From Pirellulales bacterium (lineage in GTDB: Bacteria > Planctomycetota > Planctomycetia > Pirellulales > JAICIG01), in NCBI GenBank assembly GCA_025927475.1, contig JAICLL010000003.1:33857-97856 (forward strand): a stretch of DNA of 64,000 nucleotides, in the 5' to 3' direction. Both the position numbers and the translations under genes were made by a program. Positions 11,427-20,624 of the stretch are shown here, in pieces. The notes under the pieces were generated by a model. It saw only the letters and a list, made by a program, of their open reading frames with translations, was not told where the DNA came from and did not search any database. Within the stretch, counting starts at the first letter, position 1; the number at the start of each line of letters is the position of its first letter.

Positions 11427-12821
11427 ATGCGAGACTACCAGCTCGATGCCCTCAGCTACGACCCCCTTCACGGCTACATCGCCTTTGCCAGCCGGCCCTC
11501 GACGCTGGGCGAAATCTGCGAGCGCGACCTGATCGACCACGCCTGGGTGCAGCGGCTGCGGCAGATCCATCAACTTCAAACCGCCTGGTGGGTGTTTCCC
11601 GCCGCCGAACACACGCGGTTCCAGCACGTGCTGGGGGCCATGCACCTGGCCAGCCGCGCCGTGGCTGCCCTGTACGACAGCCTGGCCGAAGCCTGCCCCG
11701 CTGTGCCCAGCCGAGGATATGTCGAATCGCTCCTGCGGCTGGCCGCCCTGTTGCACGACGTTGGACATGGTCCGTTCGGACATTTCTTCGACGAGCATTT
11801 TCTCTCGCGCTTCGGGCTGAATCACGAGACGCTGGGCCGCGTGATCATCGCCGAGCAGCTTGGCGAGCTGATTCGCGGCGTGCGGCGAAATCCCCACAGC
11901 CGCCTGGCCGACAGCGAGCAGCTCGACCCCGCGCAAATCGGCTACCTCATCACGCGGCCCAAGCCCGGCGACCGCGCCGCGTCGCAGTGGCTGGCGCATT
12001 TGCGCAGCCTCTTTAGCGGGCTGTATACCGTCGACAACATGGACTTTGTGCTGCGCGACGCCTACATGTCGGGCTACAACACGCAGGCCTTCGATCTCGA
12101 GCGGCTGCTGCACTACAGCTTTTTCAGCCCGCGGGGACTGACGATTCACGCCCGTGGCCTGCCGGCCTTGGTGCGGTTCATCAGCGTGCGGGCGGAACTG
12201 TTTCGCTCGCTCTATTTTCATCGCACGGTGCGGGCGATCGATCTCGACCTGGCCGACCTGTTCGCCGACAGCGGCGAGTTGCTCTTCCCCGGCAATCCGC
12301 TGGAGCGACTCGACGAATACCAGCGGTTCACCGAATGGTCGCTGCTGCTCGACGCCGCCCGCTGGGCCGACTCGCCCGATGCCGGGCGGCGGGCGCTGGG
12401 GCTGCGTTGGCGGGCGTTGCTCGCGCGGCAGGTTCGCTGGAAGATGGCCTGCGAGCGGACGCTGTTTTTCTCGCCCACGGCCGGCGAATCGAGCAGTCTC
12501 TTCAGTCAGCCGTCGTTTGTCGAAGCTGCGCTGCGTGCCCAGCTTCCCGGCGAGCTGCGCGAGCTACCGCTGCGTATCGACTTGGCGCGGCACGTTCACC
12601 GGCCCGGCACGCGCGGCGCCGCCGCCGGGCAGAACTTTCTGTTTGACCCGGCCCTTGGCGGCATCCGCGAGCTGACGGCCAGCGAGCTTTTTCGACAGAT
12701 ACCCGTCAGTTACCGCATTTGCCGCGTCTACGCCCTGACCGACCAGCACAACGCCGCCCTGGCCGCCGCGCTCGACTCGTTGGTCGACGGGCAGGCGGCG
12801 GATGATGCCACGAACATGTGA
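11427..12821 (+). CDS. HD-domain phosphohydrolase (SAMHD1/dNTP triphosphohydrolase-like)
   Basis: DPLHGYI, QRLRQIHQL, HTRFQHVLG, LLHDVGHGPFGH, VDNMDFVLRD and LYFHRTVR motifs. Confidence 0.88.
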   Translation: MRDYQLDALSYDPLHGYIAFASRPSTLGEICERDLIDHAWVQRLRQIHQLQTAWWVFPAAEHTRFQHVLGAMHLASRAVAALYDSLAEACPAVPSRGYVESLLRLAALLHDVGHGPFGHFFDEHFLSRFGLNHETLGRVIIAEQLGELIRGVRRNPHSRLADSEQLDPAQIGYLITRPKPGDRAASQWLAHLRSLFSGLYTVDNMDFVLRDAYMSGYNTQAFDLERLLHYSFFSPRGLTIHARGLPALVRFISVRAELFRSLYFHRTVRAIDLDLADLFADSGELLFPGNPLERLDEYQRFTEWSLLLDAARWADSPDAGRRALGLRWRALLARQVRWKMACERTLFFSPTAGESSSLFSQPSFVEAALRAQLPGELRELPLRIDLARHVHRPGTRGAAAGQNFLFDPALGGIRELTASELFRQIPVSYRICRVYALTDQHNAALAAALDSLVDGQAADDATNM

Positions 12822-12863
12822 AGATGCGCCACCGATGCGCATTACCGTCGGTGCTAAATCGAC

Positions 12864-12939
12864 ATGTGGCCCAGCCGCCCTCGGCTGGGTTGCGGTGGCC
12901 TTTGGCGGCCGGGAGACAGCCGGGGCGGCTGTCCCACAT
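12864..12939. repeat. Inverted REP-like doublet, family D
   Basis: ATGTGGCCCAGCCGCCCTCGGCTG (+) and ATGTGGGACAGCCGCCCCGGCTGT (-); related doublet at 31527-31604. Confidence 0.7.
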
Positions 12940-13113
12940 TGGAGAAACGCTCGCGAACGGTTGTGGCGTGAGGAAAGGTCAATTCACGATCGGCGCTATT
13001 CGCCGGAGAATCAACTTGACAACCCGCCCATTTGTGGGGATGCTCTGAGCGGTCCTTTTTTGGCGCGCCATGACGCCGCGCGTCTGCTTTTCTCTTTTTG
13101 GGCATCTTCTCCC

Positions 13114-13746
13114 ATGGAAACGCAACACGCGGCGGGGCTTCAGCTCAAAACGGACGTTCAAGGGTGGATCGATGAGGGACGCGATGGCTCCGCCGACGCG
13201 CAAGGCCGATTGTTCGAGCGCTGCCGCAATTATTTGTTGCTGGTGGCCGACCGCGAAATCGATCGCGGCTTGCGCGGCAAGCTCGAGGCATCGGACCTCG
13301 TGCAAGAGACGTTTTTGCGTGCCGGGCGGGGGTTCGGCCAGTTCCGCGGAACCAGCGAAGAAGAAGTGTTCGCCTGGCTGCGGCGCATTTTGAACAACGA
13401 AGCCGGGCAGGCCGTGCGCCGCTTCCGCCGCGCGGCGAAGAGAAACGTTCGCCGCGAGCAGCCGCTTTCGTCTTGCGATGGGCAGACGGGCGGTTCCGAG
13501 TTTCGCGGCGATATCGAGACACCCAGCCGGGTGTTGGAGGCCGCCGAAGAACTCGACCGCCTGGCTGCGGCCTTGGCGCGTCTGCCCAAGCATTACCAGC
13601 AGGTGATTCAACTTCGAAACACCGAGCGGAAATCGTTTGATGAAATTGGCAAAGCCCTTGATCGCTCGCCCGAGGCCGCTCGCAAATTGTGGGTGCGGGC
13701 GATCGAGCAATTGCGCGGCGAGTTGCACATCGCAGACAGTCTGTAG
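13114..13746 (+). CDS. ECF RNA polymerase sigma factor, planctomycete-specific subfamily
   Basis: RNYLLLVA..ASDLVQETFL..FRG..AWLRRIL (region 2); LARLPKHYQQVIQLR..SFDEIG..RSPEAARKLWVRAIEQL (region 4). Confidence 0.92.
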   Translation: METQHAAGLQLKTDVQGWIDEGRDGSADAQGRLFERCRNYLLLVADREIDRGLRGKLEASDLVQETFLRAGRGFGQFRGTSEEEVFAWLRRILNNEAGQAVRRFRRAAKRNVRREQPLSSCDGQTGGSEFRGDIETPSRVLEAAEELDRLAAALARLPKHYQQVIQLRNTERKSFDEIGKALDRSPEAARKLWVRAIEQLRGELHIADSL

Positions 13747-13905
13747 GGAACGGACTCCGTGCCGTTCCGCGAGGAGCGGCGCGAGGGCCGAACCGTAGCG
13801 GGTAGGATGGGCCGAGCGAAGCGAGTCTGCCCTTTTTCCCACATCGGGCCTTGCCGCGTCGTGCTGCCCGAGATGGTGGGACTCGTTTCACTCGGCCCAC
13901 CCTAT
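13740..13905. repeat. REP cluster: family A copy overlapping the sigma stop codon, plus a family B inverted doublet
   Basis: GTAGGGAACGGACTCCGTGCCGTTCC at 13743; family B copies at 13802-13832 (+) and 13873-13905 (-). Confidence 0.8.
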
Positions 13906-13973
13906 GCGCGATCGCCCGTGCCACTGTTAGTCTGCAAAACCGATCATAACCCGCGTGACGTAAAACCGAGGCA

Positions 13974-14222
13974 ATGGACCCTGAGCCGGAAACATCCGAC
14001 GACGTTTTCGAATCGCTGCTGATCGCCTACGACGAGGCGTTGGCATCGGGCGAAGACCGCCTGCCCGACGAGAGCCAGGTGCCCGATCAACTGCGTCCGC
14101 GGTTTCGCGCGGCGTTGGCCTGCTTGTCGCTGTTGGCCAAGGCCCGCCAGACCGATCTGACGCTCACCTGTCCGCCGGCCGATGCCGCGCGCGAAGGCGA
14201 GCTCAGGCCAATCCCGCCATGA
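13974..14222 (+). pseudogene. Probable N-terminal stub of the ECF-associated Ser/Thr kinase
   Basis: DDVFESLLIAYDEALASG..PDQLRPRFRAALACLSLL resembles the helical leader of kinases that follow this ECF subfamily; no kinase domain follows. Confidence 0.5.
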
Positions 14223-14328
14223 GTGTGGGACCTGGCCACCGACGCTTCGCCCGAATCGCGGACATCGTTGATGGGAAATCTTGCCCAGCCACCTGGCAGC
14301 CGCTCGAACCTGATGTCACCCAAGTGTT

Positions 14329-14556
14329 TTGTCTGTTTTTGACTTGAGCCCGGCTGAAACGTTGCAACTTGTCGAAGACCTTTGGGACGATCTTGCGGCG
14401 ACCGCCGAGGCAGTGCCGATTCACGACTGGCAAAAAGCTGAGGTCGCGCGGCGCAAAACAAATCTGATGAACAATCCCGCCTCTGGACTGCAGTGCGAGG
14501 ACGTGAAGGCCCAAATCCGGCAGCGTTATGGCCGCTGCATTCATCCTGACTCCTGA
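14329..14556 (+). CDS. Addiction-module antitoxin component (TIGR02574-like)
   Basis: LSPAETLQLVEDLWDDL..IHDWQKAEVARR; overlaps a ParE-like ORF. Confidence 0.8.
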   Translation: MSVFDLSPAETLQLVEDLWDDLAATAEAVPIHDWQKAEVARRKTNLMNNPASGLQCEDVKAQIRQRYGRCIHPDS

Positions 14557-14803
14557 GACGCATCAAAATCTACCGCCTGGCGACTCGCGTCACCCGCGAC
14601 CCCGGGCCGACGCCTACGCGTGGCACGAGGAGCGCCGAACGGGACTCGGCGAAGGTTTTCTAGGCGCCGTGGATGCTTGCTCCGCGCGAATTCAGCGCCA
14701 GCCAGAAATGTATCCGGTTGCCTATGAGACGTTTCGGAGAGCTCCGTCACCGCTCCGCGGTGGAAGACCGAAAAGCGCAACACCAAATTTACACTTCGGG
14801 TAA
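14528..14803 (+). pseudogene. Degenerate RelE/ParE-family toxin
   Basis: ADAYAWHEERRTGLGEGFLGAVD..RIQRQPEMYPV..FRRA core; 33-nt in-frame hairpin insertion (14573-14605); the expected FPY..FY..H C-terminal half is missing. Confidence 0.7.
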
Positions 14804-15208
14804 GTGTGGGGCGCTCCGTTCGGCAGTTCCGGGCCGAACGCCCAATGCGGGTTAGGCAGCGGACTCGATGCCGTTCCGCGGAGTGCCGCGCGACGTCGCC
14901 CTGCGATTCGGCAGTACCGACTGGATGCCGATCCGTGAGCGCGCATCGCCCCCGCATGACTAAATGCATCGACGCCCCAGCGCAAGCGACCTCGCTTGCG
15001 CCCCCGAACCGCGCTGATCCGCGCGGCCCCGGAGACTCGGAAGTCACGGGCACGACGTGTTTTACGCCGCTCTCCGTCACCATTACCAAAAAAATTCCAA
15101 CTTGCCGCGTCCGGTCTTTGCCGCCATTGCATCTTTTCTAACAGGGGGCAGTTGACTGACCGCAACCGACCCGTCTCCCGTCTCAACGCCTTAATCAGGA
15201 GGAGTATC

Positions 15209-16744
15209 ATGGCAACTGCAACCAAGTCGTACGTCAAGCATCAACGTCCGGGCACCGCCAAGCCCACGACCCAACCTGCCGCGAAGTCGTACATCAAATT
15301 CCCTTCGCCATTGGCGGCGCGTGCGGTATCGAGCTGGCGAGTCGCCGATCTGTGCGCCGCTTACCAAATTCCTAAAAAGGCTTGCCCTGGCGGCGGCGTC
15401 ATCGGAATTCTGGAGCTGGGCGGAGGCTGGAAGCAAGCAGACCTCGATATGTTCTCGAGAAGCAACGGATTACCCGCGATTACTGTCGCCGACAGGCCGA
15501 TCGGCGGCGCCAATCAGCCGGGCGGTGAGGCAGACGCCGAAGTCCTGCTCGACATCGAAGTGGCCGCGGCGGTGTATCACTATGCGACTGGTCAAATGCC
15601 CGAAATCAAGGTGTATTGGGCGCCCAATGACTTTCAGGCGTTCCGCGAGGCAGTCCAAGCGGCGGTCACCGAAGGATGCGACGTGCTTTCGATCAGTTGG
15701 GGCGCCGACGAAAAACGCTGGAACTCGGTCGCCCCACACGAGGCCAAGTTGCTCGAGGCGGCCGTCGCCGACGCGGCGCAAGCGGGCCTGGTGGTGTTCA
15801 CCGCCGCCGGCGACAACTCCTCGGGCGATAGTGACCCGGGCGCCAATGTCGATCTACCTTCGTCGTGTCCGCATGTGATTGCCTGCGGCGGGACGACCAA
15901 GTCTCGTGGGCTGCCGGAAAAGGTCTGGGGGACCGCGAACCCGAACGGCGAGGGAACGGGCGGCGGCTTTTCGGCGGTGTTTTCGATGCCCGCCTGGCAA
16001 GCCAGCAACGGAGCCCCGAGCGGCCCGCCGCTGAATCCAAAGGGCGATCGAATGGTTCCCGACGTTGCCGCCAACGCCGACCCGCAAACCGGCTACCTGG
16101 TGGTCATCGACGGCGTGGAAACCACCATCGGCGGAACCAGCGCGGCGGCGCCCTTTTATGCGGGTTTGTTTGCCGCGTTCGGGCGTAAGCTCGGGGCGAT
16201 TGGGTCCACCCTGTGGCAGAACGAGTCGGCGTTCACCGATATTGCCAGCGGCACGAACGGTGGTTTTATCGCCACACGCGGACCCGATCCCTGTACGGGG
16301 TTGGGCGTGCCCGATGGCCGCGCGTTGGCGGCCGTGTTTTCCGATCACGTCGTTGGAGATGACGGGCAGGCAGATTTGCTGTCTCGTGCCTTGGGCAGCA
16401 ACTCGCCGGCCCACTGCGTGGTGGTGCAGGCCGAGGGCCGCAACGGCGCAGCGGCAAAGCCCAGCGTCAGCGCCGCCAGCTATACGAACTTCGCGCTCTG
16501 GCATGGCAGCGGCTTGGTGAGGCTTCAGATCAACGATCCGAACATCACGGCCGACTCGCGCGTGTTCGTCGCACTGAGCGAGTATTCCACCGACGCGCGG
16601 CTCAATCGTTTCATCGGTTCCGCGCAGATGTCGATTTTGAACGTCTCCCCAGCCAACCGCGCGGTGGTGGTGCTGGCCAACGTGAGCTGGCCCAACGCGC
16701 TTAACGTCCGGTTCGATTATTTTGTTGACCCGCAGCAGATCTGA
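15209..16744 (+). CDS. S53 (sedolisin/kumamolisin-like) serine peptidase without signal or prodomain, with a beta-rich C-terminal domain
   Basis: AGGAGG RBS; IGILELGGG, EVLLDIEV (catalytic E/D), SISWG, AAGDNS (oxyanion D), VPDVAANADP, GGTSAAAP (catalytic S) and DPCTGLG motifs. Confidence 0.88.
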   Translation: MATATKSYVKHQRPGTAKPTTQPAAKSYIKFPSPLAARAVSSWRVADLCAAYQIPKKACPGGGVIGILELGGGWKQADLDMFSRSNGLPAITVADRPIGGANQPGGEADAEVLLDIEVAAAVYHYATGQMPEIKVYWAPNDFQAFREAVQAAVTEGCDVLSISWGADEKRWNSVAPHEAKLLEAAVADAAQAGLVVFTAAGDNSSGDSDPGANVDLPSSCPHVIACGGTTKSRGLPEKVWGTANPNGEGTGGGFSAVFSMPAWQASNGAPSGPPLNPKGDRMVPDVAANADPQTGYLVVIDGVETTIGGTSAAAPFYAGLFAAFGRKLGAIGSTLWQNESAFTDIASGTNGGFIATRGPDPCTGLGVPDGRALAAVFSDHVVGDDGQADLLSRALGSNSPAHCVVVQAEGRNGAAAKPSVSAASYTNFALWHGSGLVRLQINDPNITADSRVFVALSEYSTDARLNRFIGSAQMSILNVSPANRAVVVLANVSWPNALNVRFDYFVDPQQI

Positions 16745-16929
16745 CTCATAGGATGTGCCGGCCGTAGCTGAACGAGGCGAAGTTAGTGGGCGCTGCGATT
16801 GGGCTGGCATTCACAGCGCCCTACTAGCCAGGCCAATCCGGCGATAATTTGGTTGTCGGTGTTCCACCGCATTCGCGCTGGTCTGCTGCCCGCACGGCAT
16901 GGAAACACCAACAAGGAGCTTCGGCTGCG

Positions 16930-19900
16930 ATGTTCGAGCGACCCGCGGAGCATGCCGTCAAGGAATTCTCCGACGTTCTTAACTCGGAAGCTGAAGAGCT
17001 TTGGAAACGGCGCCAGGTTGTCGAAGACGTCGATGGTGGCGTGCCGCGGCCAACCGGCATTCCCACGGACTTGGTTGGCCTGGCTCTCTCCGGCGGCGGA
17101 ATCCGCTCGGCCTCGGTCGGGCTGGGCGTCCTGCAGGCGTTTCACAAACTTGGCCTGCTCAAATTCGTCGACTATCTCTCGACCGTCTCCGGCGGCGGAT
17201 ACATTGGCTGCGCCTACAGCTCCGCGGTGGCGACGGCCAGGGAGAAACCGTGCGAAGATCGTTTCCCGCTGGATCGCACGACACAGAAAGCGGGCGATCG
17301 AAAGCAGCCGTCCGAACCTCAGATCGGTCAGTCAGCCTCGGTGCTGCGGCTGATCTATGGCGGCAACTACCTGTTTCGGCCCTGGGAGGCAACGAACAAG
17401 TACCTGATCGGCTTGTGCTTGAACAACGTTCTCTTGTTTTCGGGCTTGGCCGCGGCCTGTTCCCTGCTGGTGTTGTTCTGGCGGATGCTCGACCGCCAGG
17501 CGGTGAGGGATGTTCTGGGGTTGATTTGGCTCGACCGCGACGTCTATGTCGCCTTCTTTCCTTTCCTTGGGTTTAGCGCGTGCTGGCTTTTCGCCTGGTT
17601 TCTCTCTTATTGGAAATATGCGGCGGAGGCGCCCGGCCGGTGGGCGCAGCGCTGGCTCTACCTGGCGTTGGCAGCCCTGCTCGTCGGGTGCGTGATGCTC
17701 TTGGTCAACGGCTATTCAACGGTCGGCTTCTTTCAGGCCTTCTTGGGCGGCGACCGCAAAACGAGCTCGGACGATCTTGGGAAGTGGCTGCTTAGTTTGC
17801 TCGGCGCCGGATTGGTGCCGCTCTTTAAGCCCGATCTGATCGAGCGCGGACTGAAGCCGCGCGGGTTGCTCGACAAGCTCCTTTTTTACACGGCCGGAAC
17901 GGCCTTGCTGGTTGGCATTCCGCTGGCAGTCGTCGGGCTGCTCGGTCAGCAAAACCTGTCGGATACGGCGACGGCGCCGGGACACGTTATCCGCTCGGGC
18001 GACATCTATAGCTGGCCGGCCTTTTGCGGCCTGGTCGCGCGGCAGAGGGGGGACGATCTTGACGTTGCCGACGATGCTTCGATGACGCCGATGGAACCGC
18101 TCAGCGACGCCGACTTGAGCCGGCTCAAAAACTACCGTCAAGCCGCCGCGCGCGGTCCGTTGGCGAAGTCCAACCAAGAGGGCTTGATTGTCCTCGCCGC
18201 CAAGCAATTAGATTACCTCGGACAGAAGCTGGCCATTGATTTGCGCAAACGCGACCGGCTCGCGGCGGCGCTGGAGGCCGAATACCCGCATTTTTGGGAC
18301 CGCCTTTTTCTTCTGGGCGGCTGGTTCTTGATGGACGGCAACCCGGCTGCCGAGCTTTGGCGTGCCAAGCGCGAAATCGCCGATGAAGGGAGAGAGTTTT
18401 GCGCCCTGTTCAGCGAAACGATTCTGACGCACCCTCGCCTGGCAAGCTATTTGGCATCCGAAACGGGCCCGCTGACCGCCCTTGCGCAGCCCCTCGGCGT
18501 GGCAAGCGAGCCCCGTTTTCCCAACATTGCGGAACTCGGTAAACGGCTGGAGGCTAGGAAGCTAGCGTTCACCAGGGATTTGAGCGAAACGCTTAGCGAC
18601 GCCCGGCTCTCGAGCAGAGCCGACTGGTACGCCAACGACCGCGCATCGCTAAATCGTGCGATCTTGCTGGCCATGCATCCCGAGTGCTTTTGGGAGCCCG
18701 ACACTATCTACCGATGGAACGTTGTCGATGGCGACCAGCACGTAAGGCGGTGGATTTTCGGGATTTCGGCGACCGTCTTCGCCCTGGCCCTGCTGGTGAA
18801 CGTGAATGCGACGTCGCTGCACCGCTTCTATCGCAACCGCCTGGCATATGCCTATCTTTCCAGCGAGCACGGAGGCCGGCGGCGACTGAATCTGAGCGCG
18901 CTGCACACGACGGAATACGGGGCGCCTTACCATTTGATCAATGCGAGCATCAACCTGAATCGCCCCAGATTCCTGGATGAGGTCGATCGCGAGTGCGAAA
19001 AAGAGGGCGCGGAGCTCCGCGATGCAGAGTGTTTTTTGTTTTCGAAGCTGTTCTGCGGATGCGGCGCCACCGGCTGGGCCGGCACCGCATCGTTCGAGGC
19101 ATTTCTGGACGACAACATATCGGTTGCCGACGCCATGGCAATATCCGGCGCGGCCGTCGACACTCTGGAGCTGAATTCGTTCCCGCTGGCGCTGTTGGGC
19201 CTCGCCCTAAATCTGAATCTGGGCCAATGGCTTCCGAACCCAAAATACCGCAAGCCCTTGTTCAAGCCCCGCGCGTGGCGGCTCCTCGCGGATTGCAGGA
19301 GATCCGTCGCGGACGCGGGGTATTGCTCGGTGGCCGATGGCGGATTTAGCGATAATCTCGGTTTCCTGTCACTGTTGAAGCGCCGCTGTCGCCTGATCGT
19401 GCTCGTAGACGCGGGGTGTGACGAGAAGCACGAGTTCACCGACCTGGCAAGGAGCGTTCGACACGCACGGATCCACGAGGGCATTCAGTTGCGCGATTTC
19501 GGACGGCGCCGCCGTCGCGATCTCGACACGCGCCCGCTGCGCCTGGACGGGCAAGGCTTCTGCCAACGGCATTACCTCGTAGGGCGGATCATTTACCCGC
19601 CGACGCCCAACCTCGCAGGGCCGAAAAGCGGGTTGCTGATTTACATCAAGCCCTGCCTGACCGGTGAGGAGGGCGTCGACTTGCTGGAGCAACGATGCAG
19701 GGACCGAAGCTTCCCCCATCACGCGACCGACGACCAATTCTACAGCGCTCAGGACGTTGAATGTTACCGTCAGCTCGGCTTCGAAATCGCGTCCGACGCG
19801 GGGCGGTTGTTCAACGGTTTGTATCAACCCGGCAAAAGCTTATGGAGTTTGCGCCGGCCGGACCTCGACAAACTCGAAAGGATCATCCGACGGAGGCGGC

Positions 19901-20103
19901 GCCGACAGGCGGACATGCTTGGTGAGCGCGTCTCGGCCAGTGAAACGGCAAGTAAAACGGCGATGGCTAGCGCCACGAAGGACGAGCTGACCTCTCGACC
20001 GTCAACAATGATCGCGGGCGCCGTTGCTGAACCCGAATCGCCGCCAAAAAACGCCCCCAGTAAGCCGCCAGGCAATGAGAAAAAACGTCCACGGGCTAAA
20101 TAA
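16930..20103 (+). CDS. Polytopic membrane patatin/cPLA2-like phospholipase
   Basis: GLALSGGGIRSA, YLSTVSGGGYIG (nucleophile elbow), several TM helices, NATSLHRFYRNRL..AYL, PYHLINAS, AMAISGAA, DGGFSDNLG (catalytic D) and FPHHATDDQFY..ECYRQLG; AAGGAG RBS. Confidence 0.85.
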   Translation: MFERPAEHAVKEFSDVLNSEAEELWKRRQVVEDVDGGVPRPTGIPTDLVGLALSGGGIRSASVGLGVLQAFHKLGLLKFVDYLSTVSGGGYIGCAYSSAVATAREKPCEDRFPLDRTTQKAGDRKQPSEPQIGQSASVLRLIYGGNYLFRPWEATNKYLIGLCLNNVLLFSGLAAACSLLVLFWRMLDRQAVRDVLGLIWLDRDVYVAFFPFLGFSACWLFAWFLSYWKYAAEAPGRWAQRWLYLALAALLVGCVMLLVNGYSTVGFFQAFLGGDRKTSSDDLGKWLLSLLGAGLVPLFKPDLIERGLKPRGLLDKLLFYTAGTALLVGIPLAVVGLLGQQNLSDTATAPGHVIRSGDIYSWPAFCGLVARQRGDDLDVADDASMTPMEPLSDADLSRLKNYRQAAARGPLAKSNQEGLIVLAAKQLDYLGQKLAIDLRKRDRLAAALEAEYPHFWDRLFLLGGWFLMDGNPAAELWRAKREIADEGREFCALFSETILTHPRLASYLASETGPLTALAQPLGVASEPRFPNIAELGKRLEARKLAFTRDLSETLSDARLSSRADWYANDRASLNRAILLAMHPECFWEPDTIYRWNVVDGDQHVRRWIFGISATVFALALLVNVNATSLHRFYRNRLAYAYLSSEHGGRRRLNLSALHTTEYGAPYHLINASINLNRPRFLDEVDRECEKEGAELRDAECFLFSKLFCGCGATGWAGTASFEAFLDDNISVADAMAISGAAVDTLELNSFPLALLGLALNLNLGQWLPNPKYRKPLFKPRAWRLLADCRRSVADAGYCSVADGGFSDNLGFLSLLKRRCRLIVLVDAGCDEKHEFTDLARSVRHARIHEGIQLRDFGRRRRRDLDTRPLRLDGQGFCQRHYLVGRIIYPPTPNLAGPKSGLLIYIKPCLTGEEGVDLLEQRCRDRSFPHHATDDQFYSAQDVECYRQLGFEIASDAGRLFNGLYQPGKSLWSLRRPDLDKLERIIRRRRRRQADMLGERVSASETASKTAMASATKDELTSRPSTMIAGAVAEPESPPKNAPSKPPGNEKKRPRAK

Positions 20104-20279
20104 CCGTGCTTGCTCACCGGATCGGCGAAGGCGTTCCGCACCATCTCGAAAGAGGCAAACGACAGGCCGCGAACCAATGATGGGACCAGGAGATTCTTGT
20201 TTGCGGCCGACGAGATCCACAAAGCCGACTTGCGATATCATCGCGGCCAATTGCGATCGGCCGACCTTGGCGAATTGGC

Positions 20280-20540
20280 TCACGCAACAAACCGCGGTCT
20301 TGCTTCCATGAGGCCGCCGATTTCGTCGAACGCCTTGCGCTCGGAGTTTCGCAATTGGATTACTTGCCAATAGCGGCGCACTGCTTGCCCGGCATGGTTG
20401 AGTGGATCGAGCTCGCGCTCGGCCACCAGCAGCAGGTAGTTTCGGCAACGCTCAAAGAGCCTGCCTTGGGTGTCGGAATTCCCGTCGCGTCCCGCCGCAA
20501 TCCACTGCCGCACTTCGTCGATGTCGGTTTCGACCACCAT
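20280..20540 (-). pseudogene. Internally deleted paralogue of the ECF sigma at 13114
   Basis: QGRLFERCRNYLLLVAERELD | LNHAGQAVRR | YWQVIQLRNSERKAFDEIG align to three separated segments of the intact sigma. Confidence 0.8.
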
Positions 20541-20624
20541 GTCGGCTGCATCTTGCGGACGGGCGGAAACGGGTGTAAGAAAGCCTTTGCCATTCGGCAT
20601 TCACTGAAAAAAGGAGGCATTCAC

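Noticed and set aside
11427-12821. HD protein as an anti-phage dNTPase
   Set aside because: It sits in a housekeeping context opposite ygiQ with no defence neighbours. The sequence alone does not support a defence role.
20104-20279. Possible small gene between the patatin gene and the sigma remnant
   Set aside because: Several short frames are open but none has an RBS or a recognisable motif.
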